The notes: a model not told the origin generated them from the letters alone. Counted from the whole stretch's first letter, positions 38,612 through 50,947 are shown. The stretch is 62,786 nucleotides of DNA, filler included, from Basidiobolus ranarum (GCA_040143965.1; 21 parts of 21 records of this genome joined end to end with filler, not necessarily neighbours in it), one strand, 5' to 3'. Numbers and translations: made by a program.

Positions 38612-38893
38612 TGTTGAAATTATTTAGGGAGAAATATTGGTCTGGCCAGGATTTGAACCTGGGACCTCCTTCACCCTAGCAAGGTCCTCTAACCACTGAG
38701 CTACCAGACCTTGTATGCTATGCCTATATTGCTAGGGAACCTTAACTTAGTCTGTCAATGTATGGTACCTTGGCATTTCAGTTATACAAGCAACTGATTG
38801 GCCTTAGACTTTGTGTTCAGATGCAGCCACCATACTCCATATTTTCCTCTTTGGGAATTACTGCTTGTACCACAAGTCACCAGACTTTCAACA
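38612..38893 (-). mobile_element. 282-bp LTR-like unit with 8-bp terminal inverted repeats, carrying a tRNA-like gene
   Basis: TGTTGAAA at 38612 and TTTCAACA ending at 38893; internal sequence unlike LTR-A or LTR-B; lies directly upstream of the copia protease motif. Confidence 0.6.
38638..38710 (-). tRNA. tRNA-like gene or pseudo-tRNA with anticodon AGG (Pro)
   Basis: GGTCTGG/CCAGACC acceptor stem, A box TAGCTCAGTGG, T arm CCAGG-TTCAAAT-CCTGG; single mismatches in the D stem and anticodon stem; 73 nt. Confidence 0.75.
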
Positions 38894-38993
38894 NNNNNNN
38901 NNNNNNNNNNNNNNNNNNNNNNNNNNNNNNNNNNNNNTTAATTAATTAANNNNNNNNNNNNNNNNNNNNNNNNNNNNNNNNNNNNNNNNNNNN

Positions 38994-40488
38994 TGTCACA
39001 GATGAGTCATCAGGGGATTTACAAGATATTTCTGGTAATGGATGGCAATTTTGGTTTATTATAAGCTGTTTCTAAGCAATTTCATTACACCAAGTTTACC
39101 ATCTGAAAATCTCAATGCCATTCAAAAAGTGTTCAAAATCCAAGTCAAAATTGGCTTCCAAGCCAAAGCCTGCTGGCACAAAAGGAAAAAAACCAGCAAG
39201 AACAGAGGACTTCATTGATGAACAGTCTGGCAATCCACTATCCACTTTGGAAGGCATCAACATGCTGGAAACTAACTCAAGCAATGATGAAGCATTAATT
39301 ACCTTACATGAAGTGCTCCTTTCCACCAATGTGCAAGTGAAGAGATTGTAATCCCCCAAGTAAATAGTAAATAATAGTTAGGCAAATTTCAACCAAAACA
39401 CCATCAAGACCATCAACTTCCAAAATGGCAACTTTGTGTGTTACTGAACAACCCTCTGTAGAAAATTTGGATCGAATTATTACAACAAGGAAATTACAGG
39501 CACAATACCATAATGATTTGTATGCAATCATAAGTAAATGCTACAAAGTTGCTATACAGGCCATGACCTTTAATAACATTGCAATACTGCAATTAATGCA
39601 GCATTTGGAAGCAACTAGTCAGCAGTTAGAGAGTCACTTAATAATGATACAAGACATTCAGAATGCTATACTTGAGCTATGGCAACATGCTGCCCCCTCT
39701 ATCCATTCTCATACCTGATTTCAGTCAATTCCACACCATATATATGAATGTCACCATGACAATATAGCAGAGCAGAATATGTGTTGGACCATTAAGCCTA
39801 CACATCAACACAATATTGCTTGGGCACACAAAAGTAGAAATCTCATGAGAAAACAGGCAAACCAAAAGACTCTAAATCTGAGAGCTGCCATCACTTGCTC
39901 TGATGATGAGTGGTTTAACATTTTGGAAACTGTGTTAAATCTTGCCTAAAATCATCTGAATTTTTAGCCAATTGTGGAAAAAACAAAAACCAGGTGTTAC
40001 TCTGAAGGCTGCTGACTTATTTTGTGATGCTTACCCTGGGTTTTTGCAAGCAAATGGCAATTAGGCTACTATAGGCCAATTCATGAAACATCTCAAAAAT
40101 TTATGCAATTATTGACTTGGAAAAAAAAGAAAAGCAGCTAAAGAAGTACTCAAGGAGCAGGAAGTTAGTAAAGCAATAGGAAAAGAAAAGAAACCAGCAA
40201 GTTTAGGCTCTACTTTTCCCCTTACCAAATTCTCCACACCATTACTAAGATCTGCATTTCTAGAGTCAGATATACTGGCAAAAAAGTTTAATTTCACCAT
40301 GAAACCAGGGACACCAGTCGGAAGAGTGCTAAATTTGGAAGTTTATCCTACACCTGGCACCTTTTAACCAGCCAAAACACCAGCAAATAAAACTCATTGC
40401 TCTCCAGCCTCAACTGGCACTTCTCAAAGTGCTGAAATTAGCCCCAAAGTTAAAACAAGCAAGAAGTGGTACAAACACCACAAAGCAC
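38994..40488 (+). mobile_element. CACTA/CMC-like ORF2 (5' three-quarters, ATG 39115), interrupted by copia family B
   Basis: MPFKKCSKSKSKLAS start, continuing through stops and frameshifts into the SLGST.PLTKF.TP segment. Confidence 0.85.
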
Positions 40489-41883
40489 TGTTGAGTTTAT
40501 TTTCTTTATCATATTTGTTATCTCTATCTTTGTACACCTAACTATTTCATATATCACATATAAGTTATTTAACATTACTGAGTCAAATATCACTTAGCTG
40601 AAATTTGGAACATATATTATATATGTATATATGTGAATAATGTGAGAATTAGCAATTCCATATTAGAAATCTCAAAAAGTTATTCCCAACCCCACTTTTC
40701 TAAAGTTCCTCCTAGCAGCCCATATTTTCCCAATAGGTTATGAGCCCCATGTTCTAACCTTTACAGCATGACAGAAACCACTGCTACCACTTTTATCAAC
40801 TTAAGTGTTGAAAAGCTTTATGGAGAAAATTTCAATTTCTGGAAGTTCAAGATGCAATTCAGGCTGGAAGACAGGGAACTTTGGGATGTAGTCTGAGGAG
40901 ATGAAAAGTAACCTTCTGACCCTTCTTTGCTGGAAGCTTACATCAAAAGAGACAAGAAAGCCTTTAATGTCATTTGTCAAAGTTTGAAAGATTCACTGCT
41001 TGTAAATATTCAATAAGCAAAGACTTTGCATCAAGCTTGGACTTTATTGGAAGAGTGTTATGAAGCTAAGAGTCCTGCTAATAGACTCTTTCTCAGACAA
41101 AAATTCTTCAATATAAAGAAGGAAAAGTCTGAAAGCATGGTTACTCCTATTGCAGTGTGAGATCTTTAGCAAAACAACTGGAAAATATTGGTGCAATTTT
41201 ACAGCAAGAAGATGTCATTATGACTCTTCTAAGTACCCTACCATAACAGTATTCAAACTTGGTCACAGCTTTGGAAGCAAGATCTGACAAGTTGTCTCTC
41301 AAGTTGGTGGTGGCAAGACTAATGGATCAACACCTCAGAAGTAAGAATTTGGAAAAAGAATCTGAGGAAGTAGCTCTTTTTGGAGCTGGAAAATGTATCA
41401 TTGGCAAGTGCAAAGGTTACAAAAGAAGAAAACCAGGTTTAGGCTATGGTTGTAACAAACCAGGACACCAGTTAAAAGTTTGCAAATCAAGAAATTATAA
41501 CAAAAATGATAAGTCAGAACAAGCACATCAGGTTTCAACCAAAGGGGAAGTTTCATTCATTTCTGCACTATCAGTGACCTCAGAAAAGACTGTAGGTTGT
41601 TGTATATTGATTCTGGTGCCTCTCAATGTTTCTCTAATCAAAAAAACTGGTTTAAGACACTCAAAACTGACATAAACAAGAAGGTTTATATGGGAGATGA
41701 CTGGCCACTAGAAGCTCTGGGAGTGGGAGAAATTGAAGTGGATCTTGGGGACATCTCTGGGGACATGTGTTTGACACTGAAAAACGTGCTATATGTGCCT
41801 GGGATAGCAAAAAATTTGTTATCAGTGAGTAAAGCAACATCTGAGGGATATTGCTTTAATTTTGATCAAAATGGCTGTACAAT
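40489..41883 (+). mobile_element. Copia family B 5' end: LTR (40489-40735, internally deleted), PBS GGTTATGAGCCC (40736-40747) and decayed gag-protease (ATG 40768)
   Basis: EKLYGENFNFWKFKM gag, degenerate CCHC (CNKPGHQLKVC), YIDSGASQ protease, LKNVLYVPG.AKNLLSVS. Confidence 0.95.
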
Positions 41884-41983
41884 NNNNNNNNNNNNNNNNN
41901 NNNNNNNNNNNNNNNNNNNNNNNNNNNTTAATTAATTAANNNNNNNNNNNNNNNNNNNNNNNNNNNNNNNNNNNNNNNNNNNN

Positions 41984-44060
41984 TTTCCTTTGAATTGATG
42001 GTAGGATGTTCACTCGAATGAGTCTTCTCAGTCTCCGTTGATTTCTCATGGTGCTCGCTGGAACTGGACTTCTCAGTTTCCTTTGACTTCACGGTAGGAT
42101 GTTCACTGGAATGAGTCTTCTCAGTCTCCGTTGATTTCTCATGGTGCTCGCTGGAACTGGACTTCTCACGGTGTTCGCTCGAACTGGGCTTCTCGGTTTC
42201 CTTTGACTTCACGGTAGGATGTTCGCTGGAATGAGTCTTCTCACTCTCCATTGACTTCTCATGGTGATCGCTGGAGCTGGGCTTCTCAGTTTTAATCGAT
42301 TTCGCTGGTTGTTGAGTGGAACTTGTTTCAATTTGCGGTTGAGATGACTGTGGCGGTGGTGGTGGAGGCGGAGGTAGTGCGTTTGCACAACTTGGTTTTC
42401 CCTCGAAAGGAACACATACATAGCCACTACCACAGGAGGAAGTTTCCTCTCGACCATTTACGCATTTAATCATTATGGGCGAAACATTTTCTTGCAAGCA
42501 ACCTGGAACACACTTTTTGGAATGTGGCTTCTCAGTTGTCTTGGATTCCTGGTTATGTACACTTGATTTGGGCTTCTCAGTTGCTTCTGTTTTCGGATGT
42601 TGGCTGGTTGATTTTGTATCGATTTGAGGTTGTGATGACTGTGGTGGCTGTAATGGCGGTGGAGCCAGGGTATTGGCACAAGTAGGTTTTCCCTCAAACA
42701 AGACACAAACCATGCCACTGCCGCAAGATGATGTTTCGGTGTGGCCATTTGTGCATTTGACCATAATGGGCGAAACATTTTCTTGCAAGCAACCTGGTTT
42801 GCACTGGTTGGGCGCAGAACTTGCTTGAATCGTCTTTGAAACGGAACTTTTAGCTTCCTTTGAATCATTGGAATTAGACTTCGGTTCTTGAGTACTCGTG
42901 TGAGAAGGTTTAGATTGAATGTGGGTTTTTTCACTTTCGCCTTTGGATTCGTTTTTGTTCTTACTATACGATATGGTATTTGAAGCACTGTTTTGTAAGG
43001 TTGGTTTAGCCAATGATGATGGCAAACTTTTTCTTGATCCAGGGCTTGGGTTTTGGACGCTTTCAAGGAAGATCTGGCACTCCACTGAGGATACTCTCGT
43101 ATCTAAGTTGTATTTATGCAACGTCCAGTCGTAGACCCATTGTCTATGAAGAACATCTACGCAGACGGCTTGTTTAGCGCACCACGTTGGTACCATTTTC
43201 CCGTTTTCGCACCACAAATATTCTCCTGTCGTCCAAGGGTCGACGCATTCGATTTGCTTTGTGCATTCGTTTTCTGTAACTACTTTCTTGACCTCTTTGC
43301 CCACGGAAATTGTAGTCTTCTCGATCTTCGTACTTGTAATCTCATGATTTTTCCAAATACTTCCCGGGACACACATGTTCAGTATTTCACTGCATTCCAT
43401 ATTCGGTCGACAGGGGTATATTTGATATCCTGCTTGTGAGTCAGCACAATAAAGAGCTGCAGTACCGTTGTAACAACGCCCTGTACCTAACACACATTCA
43501 CCGCCTCCGTCTATAGGAGGCATATTTATAGGTCTGCATCCTTCACCTGGCTGGCATTCTCCATACGGTCCACATGGTAGAAGGCCGGCGACGTTATCAT
43601 GACAGAATGCTACATTATGTTTGTCGTAACAGTAATTCTGGAATGTTTTCGAATCACAGCTTTGGGTGACGACTTTTGAACTTTCTTTCGTTTTGTAGAT
43701 GACTTCAGTTTTTGTAGCGGTCGTTTTTCCAGTGTGATAGTAGGTTTGTTTCCAACGACGGTTACAGAAAACCTTGGTGTCGCTTTGTTGCTGACATTGA
43801 TACTGTCCATTTTTGTTAGGACATTTTTCTATTACCCACTGTCCGTTGATGCACTTCTTTGCTTCGGTATTGCTGATGCAAGTAACTTTAGCAGAATTAC
43901 AGTGACCGGATAATGTTTCAACTGGTTGAAGTGTGGCTACTGAAGTAAAACGATTGGCGCTATATATGCTACCAATGTTTTCTCCGCTAGGGTTTTGTGC
44001 ATGAACAACCCTTACGGTTTTTGTTAAGAACAACGAGATCAGCAGTATTTTGAGAAACAT
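41984..44060 (-). CDS. Secreted Cys-rich protein with several CBM19-like modules and a Ser/Glu/His/Lys-rich repeat tail (3'-truncated)
   Basis: Signal peptide MFLKILLISLFLT; about six C..C..CxNG..C..C modules, two nearly identical (PGCLQENVSPIM.KC.NG..ETSSCGSG.VC); SSSEHHEKS repeats. Confidence 0.85.
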
Positions 44061-44637
44061 ATTGCTGATTGCTCGATATTTTGCTTTTGGCAGATTTGCT
44101 TGTTCATATAGGAATTATTTTAGCGCTGTAAAATGGAAATTCTCCCATCTGCGGAACTAGTAGATTGGCAGAATGCATTCCAGCGTTTGATTGATAATTT
44201 GGTTCAATATTAACCCATGGTTATTTAGGTTGCAGGTAAGTATTGGTATATCTAATCTGGATTTTCCGTAATTGATTCTCCCTGAATAAACCATGGTATC
44301 GTGAAAGGCGTAGCCTAGACAAAATCGATCCACTTTTATTTGTTATATCTCCAATACTTGCGTATGGTGCGTTGGGGTTTCCTAACTATTCTTTATCTGT
44401 TGATTTCTAATCGTGATCGGTAGTTGAATTCTATTTGCCGTTACTAGTATTGGTTTCAATAGCTTTATTCTTCACTACTGCTTTATTATTAAGCCAAAAT
44501 CCTTATTAAATTAGGAAGAGATGTGGCCCCGAAGTGCAGATCTGGCAAATTGTAAGAAGTATATCAGGTTATAAAAGTTCAAATTTCAAATTGCTGTTGG
44601 AATAAGTTTGTTCTAACTACCTTGGGTTAGTATGGCT

Positions 44638-44722
44638 TCGTGTGTTGCCTCTATATCTTCAAATGATCGTGTGTTGCCTCTATATCTTCAAATTATCATG
44701 TGTTGCCTCTATATCTTCAAAT
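44638..44722. repeat. 29-bp tandem repeat x3
   Basis: gtgttgcctctatatcttcaaat core repeated without spacers. Confidence 0.9.
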
Positions 44723-44781
44723 CAGTTAGATAGGATTTAACTTTGGTAAGTTTTCTCAATCAACGAACGTATTCCGTAAAC

Positions 44782-44857
44782 GAGACTAGCAGAAATATAT
44801 GAGACTAGCAGAAATATATGAGACTAGCAGAAATATATGAGACTAGCAGAAATATAT
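44782..44857. repeat. 19-bp perfect tandem repeat x4
   Basis: gagactagcagaaatatat x4. Confidence 0.95.
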
Positions 44858-44971
44858 CCATGCATTTGTACNNNNNNNNNNNNNNNNNNNNNNNNNNNNN
44901 NNNNNNNNNNNNNNNTTAATTAATTAANNNNNNNNNNNNNNNNNNNNNNNNNNNNNNNNNNNNNNNNNNNN

Positions 44972-45545
44972 CATGTTCCTGGGACCTTCCTTAACATATT
45001 CTACACGTTAGTTTGCTTACATCTTGACAAAACTATAAATGTTAACTTTCTACTCAATAAATCAATAAGTGAAAACCACCAATTCCTCTAATTCTCCAAA
45101 CCACTTCCAACAGGCTCCCAAATACTATAACACCATCTAACATTTCAGAAGAGGGAAAAGCTCTATGAATTTGAGAAGTAGGCCTTACCAAGAGAGCAAG
45201 TTTGAGGCTCCTAAATTGTTAAAGTATTTGGGAGCCTGTTGGAAGTGGTTTGGAGAATTAGAGAAATTGGTGATTTTCACTTATTGATCTATTGAGTAGA
45301 AAGGTGTCATTCATAGTTTTGACATGATGTAAGCAAGCTAGCATTTAGAATGTGTTAAGGAAGGTCCCAGAAACGTGTGTGCAAAGTTTGGGGCTTCTGG
45401 CACAAGTTTAAAAAATCTATACATCTGAGAACTTCTAAGTAAACTCTGATTGAGAATAATGGCTGATATCTTAGTGAAGAATTGGATAACTAAATACTAG
45501 GCTATATATGACCATATTGGTGTTTAGGCAATGCTAATATGAACA
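44972..45545. mobile_element. Two LTR-A copies tail-to-tail: 3' part on + (44972-45132) and full 5' LTR on - (45545-45217) with degenerate PBS and gag stub
   Basis: Both match 19410-19749; 45133-45216 resembles 60080-60157. Confidence 0.88.
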
Positions 45546-47260
45546 CAAACTTCAGTAGGCTATGGGTGAGCTGACTAAACAATTTTGCTTATGTCAGCTA
45601 GATACAGCTAGCAATAGAGACCAAGCAAATATCGCCATATTCTCCTATCATATAAAACATTAAACTTAGCCAAAGCAACATTTCCCGGGTGATATATCTG
45701 ATACCACGATTGCGAAGAATTCTATTATGTTCTTTCAACAGTTGAGTAAGTGGCCATCACGGTCAGATGATTATTTATCCCCAGATAGCAATCCTATTAC
45801 AGTGCAGTGATTAACCATGACGGACAGCATCGTAGAAGGCAATATCCATTGTACCTTAGTGCCAGTATACATTATTCCGAGAGTGGAGTTTTTTGTTACT
45901 AAGGCGAAATCGAGGCCCATTTTTTAGAGATAAACAAGCTACTTCAATTCATTTACTGGGTCGAATGTAGCCGCAATGAGCAGGTTATATCGCGTAATGT
46001 ATAGCAATTTTTTGACTTATTCTACTTGGAAGTTCTCACTATTTCGCTCAGGGCAGATTTGACTGAAATTCCTGAGATCTGATTACGGATTACAAATTTT
46101 CAAATCAAGCATGATTAAAAATCTTAGCAGCCAATCAACAACCATGAGTAATCTCGCGTGAGATACTCTCCTCAATACACAACGTGTATTCATAGATTGA
46201 TTAAATGCACCGAAGCTGTCAGAACAAAATTACCAACCTGATTGGAATTTGATAGAACAGTATTCTCGGGTGTGGCAGGGTTTTTGAGATAACTGATGTG
46301 TCATTCGTACTCGTCATTACTATCTTATCATCTATGGTCATTACTTTGTGGAACACTCTATCGAGTAAATTAATAGCAGTGACAGGTATCCTAAGCTTCT
46401 GATACAATGCATAACTGTGCCTTCTGGCTTCTCATTGCTTGGAGTTCCAAGAGAATGCGATACCAAGGACATGGTGCCGTGCTGTAATACCTACAATTAA
46501 ACCAGAGAACCCACACCCTCCGGATACCTGTATGGCACAAATGCTGGAATCGATTCCAGCTCGTGACAAATGGCTGTGTTCTTTGTTAGTTTAGTCAGAC
46601 AATGGATGCGAACATAGCTGTCATCCCAATGCCATTACCGCGCATAGCGGTAATAACATACGTATGTGATCCCGGGGATAAACCTAGACTGTCGCCTTTC
46701 TTCCTCTATTTATCCGTGATCTCGCATCCTTGCAACATAGTGAAATGCCATTGGCGAGCGTTTAAGCATACAAATAGTTTGTTTCTTTTTGACCTTAATG
46801 GTCCTGATAAAGCCTAATCCTGATGGAGGGCTTATCCAGCTATTTGTCACTCCGCCTGCCGTAAATCCCATGGTTCTTAGTAAGCATCCGGATATTTAAC
46901 TCAATGGTTTGGTGTATTAGTAATTAGTCACATACTAATCCGGTATGCAGATACGCAGGATCTGTCCTATTATGAACTTCGTGCTGAGTGGTGATTCGCT
47001 TCCATCTGGCCCATTAGCTCTACATATCCAAGTTAGTCGATAATGTAATAAATGAGTAGTTGAAGGCCTCGCATTACTCTGGATAACAACTTGGATTGCC
47101 CCAATTTGTCGATCGCGTAACTGATAGTGCGCAAACGTCATCGAAGTTTGATGATTTCTCGCCTCCGAGTTACAAATCATACAACTATAAAATTATCTTA
47201 TGGATACCATGTTTCCTTAGCTACTGTACATACTCTTGTCAGTCTTACTACTTTTAAAAC

Positions 47261-47859
47261 ATGTCTACCCAAGCTGTGTAAGTAGAGTTCATTAATTACT
47301 CTCTTTCAGTCTTTGCAGCCACGATGTTCATCCTTGTTTCTATACTTCAATCCTTCAATCATAATACTGATAATTTGCATGTTTGCTTCTAGTGCTGATA
47401 TTGCCGTCATCGGCCTTGCCGTCATGGTTAGTATTGAGTCATACTTTATATGAAATTGTTCTTTTCACTCATGTGTTTGTTAATATTATTAGGGCCAAAA
47501 TCTCATTCTTAACATGAATGATAACGACTTCGTGGTCTGTGCTTACAACAGAACCGTCTCAAAGGTCGATGATTTCTTGGCAAATGAAGCTAAAGGTACC
47601 AACATCGTTGGTGCTCATAGCATTGAAGAAATGTGCAAGAAGTTGAAAAGACCCAGAAAGGTTATGTTGATGGTCAAGGCTGGTTCTGCTGTTGATTCTT
47701 TCATCGAACAAATTCTTCCTTTCCTTGAAGAAGGTGATATCATTATTGATGGTGGTAACTCCCATTTCCCTGATACCATCCGTAGAACCAAGGAACTTGA
47801 AGCCAAGGGTCTTTACTACGTCGGTGCCGGTGTTTCTGGTGGTGAAGAAGGTGCCAGAT
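47261..47859 (+). CDS. GND1: 6-phosphogluconate dehydrogenase (decarboxylating), 5' part; introns 47278-47392 and 47427-47492
   Basis: Spliced MSTQAVADIAVIGLAVMGQNLILNMND...IIIDGGNSHF...GVSGGEEGAR; GT-AG boundaries. Confidence 0.97.
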
Positions 47860-48133
47860 NNNNNNNNNNNNNNNNNNNNNNNNNNNNNNNNNNNNNNNNN
47901 NNNTTAATTAATTAANNNNNNNNNNNNNNNNNNNNNNNNNNNNNNNNNNNNNNNNNNNNCTTCAAAAATGCCTAGTTTGGCAACTATTGAACATCCTGCG
48001 GTAGAAAATTTGGATAGAATCTATAACCAAGGAAAATCTGGCAGAACATAGAATGATTTCTATGAAATCACAAGTGAAAACTACAAAGTTGATCACAGGC
48101 TATGACAAGCAATAACACAGTACTACTGCAATT

Positions 48134-50847
48134 CCCCAACAAAAATATAATCAATTTAATCTGGTTCAGATCCACCCTTCTGGATTGCAAAACCAACAAT
48201 GGATTTTCATAGTATTTGTGACTTGAATTCTGCCAGGGATTTTAATGTTGAGACAGCGGCTTCTTGATGGCAATCTTACATGGTAAAATATTAATGCACA
48301 TATTTAGCATGTGTTATTTAATTTCCATCAATTTTTGCAAAAAACTGATTTTTGAATAGCAAATTACTGGGCTTACTGCTATACAAATTTGAATTAATAT
48401 GCATGCTGTTACTTAGATATCTTAGGCTTTGTATTCAGGCCATAATGAGAATCAAAAAATACCACAATCTTGTTGTGTTTAGCCTCTACATATTCACATA
48501 CCTGAATGATCAGACATAACTCAACAACATCAATGTTTTATCAGCAAACTAACAGTGGAAAAGGTGCTTCACATCTGAATTTTGAATACACTGACACTTG
48601 ACAAATAGCTGACTCTTGTCACCATTCACAATGAGAATAAGCTCTTTATTTTGGCAAATTTCCATGTAGAATTCAGCAAAAATACTACCAACTTACAGTC
48701 AACAAATGTCCTGCCACAAGTAGATGTGCCATAGGTCAAATAGATACCATATGGATAAAACAACAATATAATGCATCTCAATCTATCTCACCCAGAGGTC
48801 TGTCTTGCAGCTGTCCTAGAAATTCCTTCAGATTACAGCACTAACAAATTAGTCCAAATTATATAGGCACTTAGTCTAAGTCCATGGATTAGGTTATGTT
48901 GCTGTTATTGTGCCCAAACAATATGTAAACCCATAAGCCCATTGAAAAGAGCCCTTTGTTGGAAGGTTAATATATGCCAGAGTCTTCTTAACCCATCACA
49001 TTACATCCATCACTGATTTTGCTAATACATTGTTAATCAGATTAACATACAATAAAATGGAAAATTCTACAAGAAGCATCATTTCCTTGCAGGTGCCCTC
49101 CATTGGGAACTTGCAGAATGAAAAGCAAGACCGATCATCTCTAAGTGTTGTGAAAGATGCAGCTGGGAATATATTGAATACTGGCATAGATTTTATCAAT
49201 GTTTTTTAAGCCTCTAATAAGGTTTTCATATCCAATTGTGCATTCTTTGCATGGTTGCTGTATCTGCCTGAGATCTGCCAATGTGAGTTGATGATGTAAA
49301 ATTATATTGACAATATCCTCATACAACTCCCAATGTTGCCAATACTGATGAGACAGTAGTCTATCCAAGATTCCACTTGAATATATACAAATCCAGTACT
49401 TCCAGTTTATGCAAATTAATAAATGCCTTGAGTGGATATCAATGGAAGTACTAGTAAAATATGAGAGTATCTAGATGGTTTTAAGCTTTTCCCTAATCTA
49501 TATGACTTTGATCCTATCTCAATTGGCTCATTCAGAATGAGTTTGCAACTGTATAGCTGAGTAACCAGTATTGGAATGATGTTAAACTGTAAGTACATAG
49601 TGCCTAATGGGAAGCTCTAGCTCCAGCTGAACCTCTTTAGCAATATTATCTTATGCTTACAGCTAATCCCAAGTTTGATGTCAGATTGACTATTTGTGAA
49701 TTGATATCAGTGGGCATGTTGAAATCTGACTGGGCTCTTGACAGTAAGATCATGGAGTTTAGTTTTGTGTTTGGATAGTAATAATGTGTATGCCTGATAG
49801 AGTAAACTCCATTGATTTGACAAAATTCACAGCAAGATAGTGCATTGTGCATACAGACACCTCCCAGTGTATGGATGGCTAGAGTGTCACCAAAAAATAC
49901 AATGATATTAGCCTGAAATAAATATTGACCCATCCAAACCCTATTAGATAACCTTTCAAATTCCATAATCAAATGCTCTAAAAGCCTATCTATATGCATT
50001 GGTGATTTAGGCCCATATACAATGGATAGTATCAAGTTATAATGACTCTTATACTGCTCAGCAGGAGGAGATTTCAAGTGAATTTAAATTGTTGGCCAGA
50101 AAACCTTTCCAATGGAGCATTTGCTTAGTGAGAAACTATGCTGAGCCAATACAAATGCATGTTCATATGTGTTCTTAAAGAAACCTTGACTTTTCACCAC
50201 CTGGGAGTGATATCCATTGAGTATATTAGTAGTACCATCAGCTTTGAGGTGAGTACTTTAGAAAAAAATTAAAGATCTGTATTTGGGTGCTTTCATCAAA
50301 ACTTTGCAACAGGTAAACAATGGTATGTAAGCCAAATATGAGAAATATTTACCTAATTCAGTGATTTCCGATTATGTGCACATAGCATATGCCTTGAGGT
50401 TTTTCAGATCACCTGTGAAAGGCAAAAAACCATTTGGATATGAAGGTAATTTAATTACTGAAAGATCATATGTCATACAACTGACAAGTGTGTTCCACTT
50501 GTACTTGGTCAATGGAAAGCAACAGTTGCCAATCAACTGTGGCAAAAGCTTAAGAAAAACAATAAACACTTGGTTGCCAAGATTTGTTTGAACTCTGCAC
50601 TCCTCAATAATCAAAGCTGCTTACTTTATTGTAAATGTTATGAATGGACTAATGCTTGCCAATAACAAAGAGCCAGTAACAAAACCATTAACTTCTTCTT
50701 CATCTTCAGATATATTACTTTCAGTACTGGAATAACCAAGGTCAACATTTAGCAGGATGTCCTCAAAGTTGTCTGGACTTACTGGTTCAACCAAAGTTGC
50801 ATTTCTACCTACATCATTCTGGTCATATAACTGTGGTAATTCCATGG
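48134..50847 (-). mobile_element. CACTA/CMC-like element: most complete (decayed) transposase through to end B, nested in ORF2 of another copy (47960-48133)
   Basis: KLPSYPNGFLPFTGDL, YIPLF, PPAEQYK..LILSIVYGPKSP..ID..LEHLIMEF, GDTLAI, HNALSCCEFC, HYYYP and FPMEG motifs typical of Transposase_21/tnp2; terminus CCCCAACAAAAAT. Confidence 0.9.
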
Positions 50848-50947
50848 NNNNNNNNNNNNNNNNNNNNNNNNNNNNNNNNNNNNNNNNNNNNTTAATTAAT
50901 TAANNNNNNNNNNNNNNNNNNNNNNNNNNNNNNNNNNNNNNNNNNNN

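Noticed and set aside
44638-44857. Short direct repeats (29 bp x3, 19 bp x4; also 16 bp x3 at 35562) as CRISPR arrays
   Set aside because: The units are contiguous with no unique spacers, there are no cas genes, and the context is eukaryotic. These are minisatellites.
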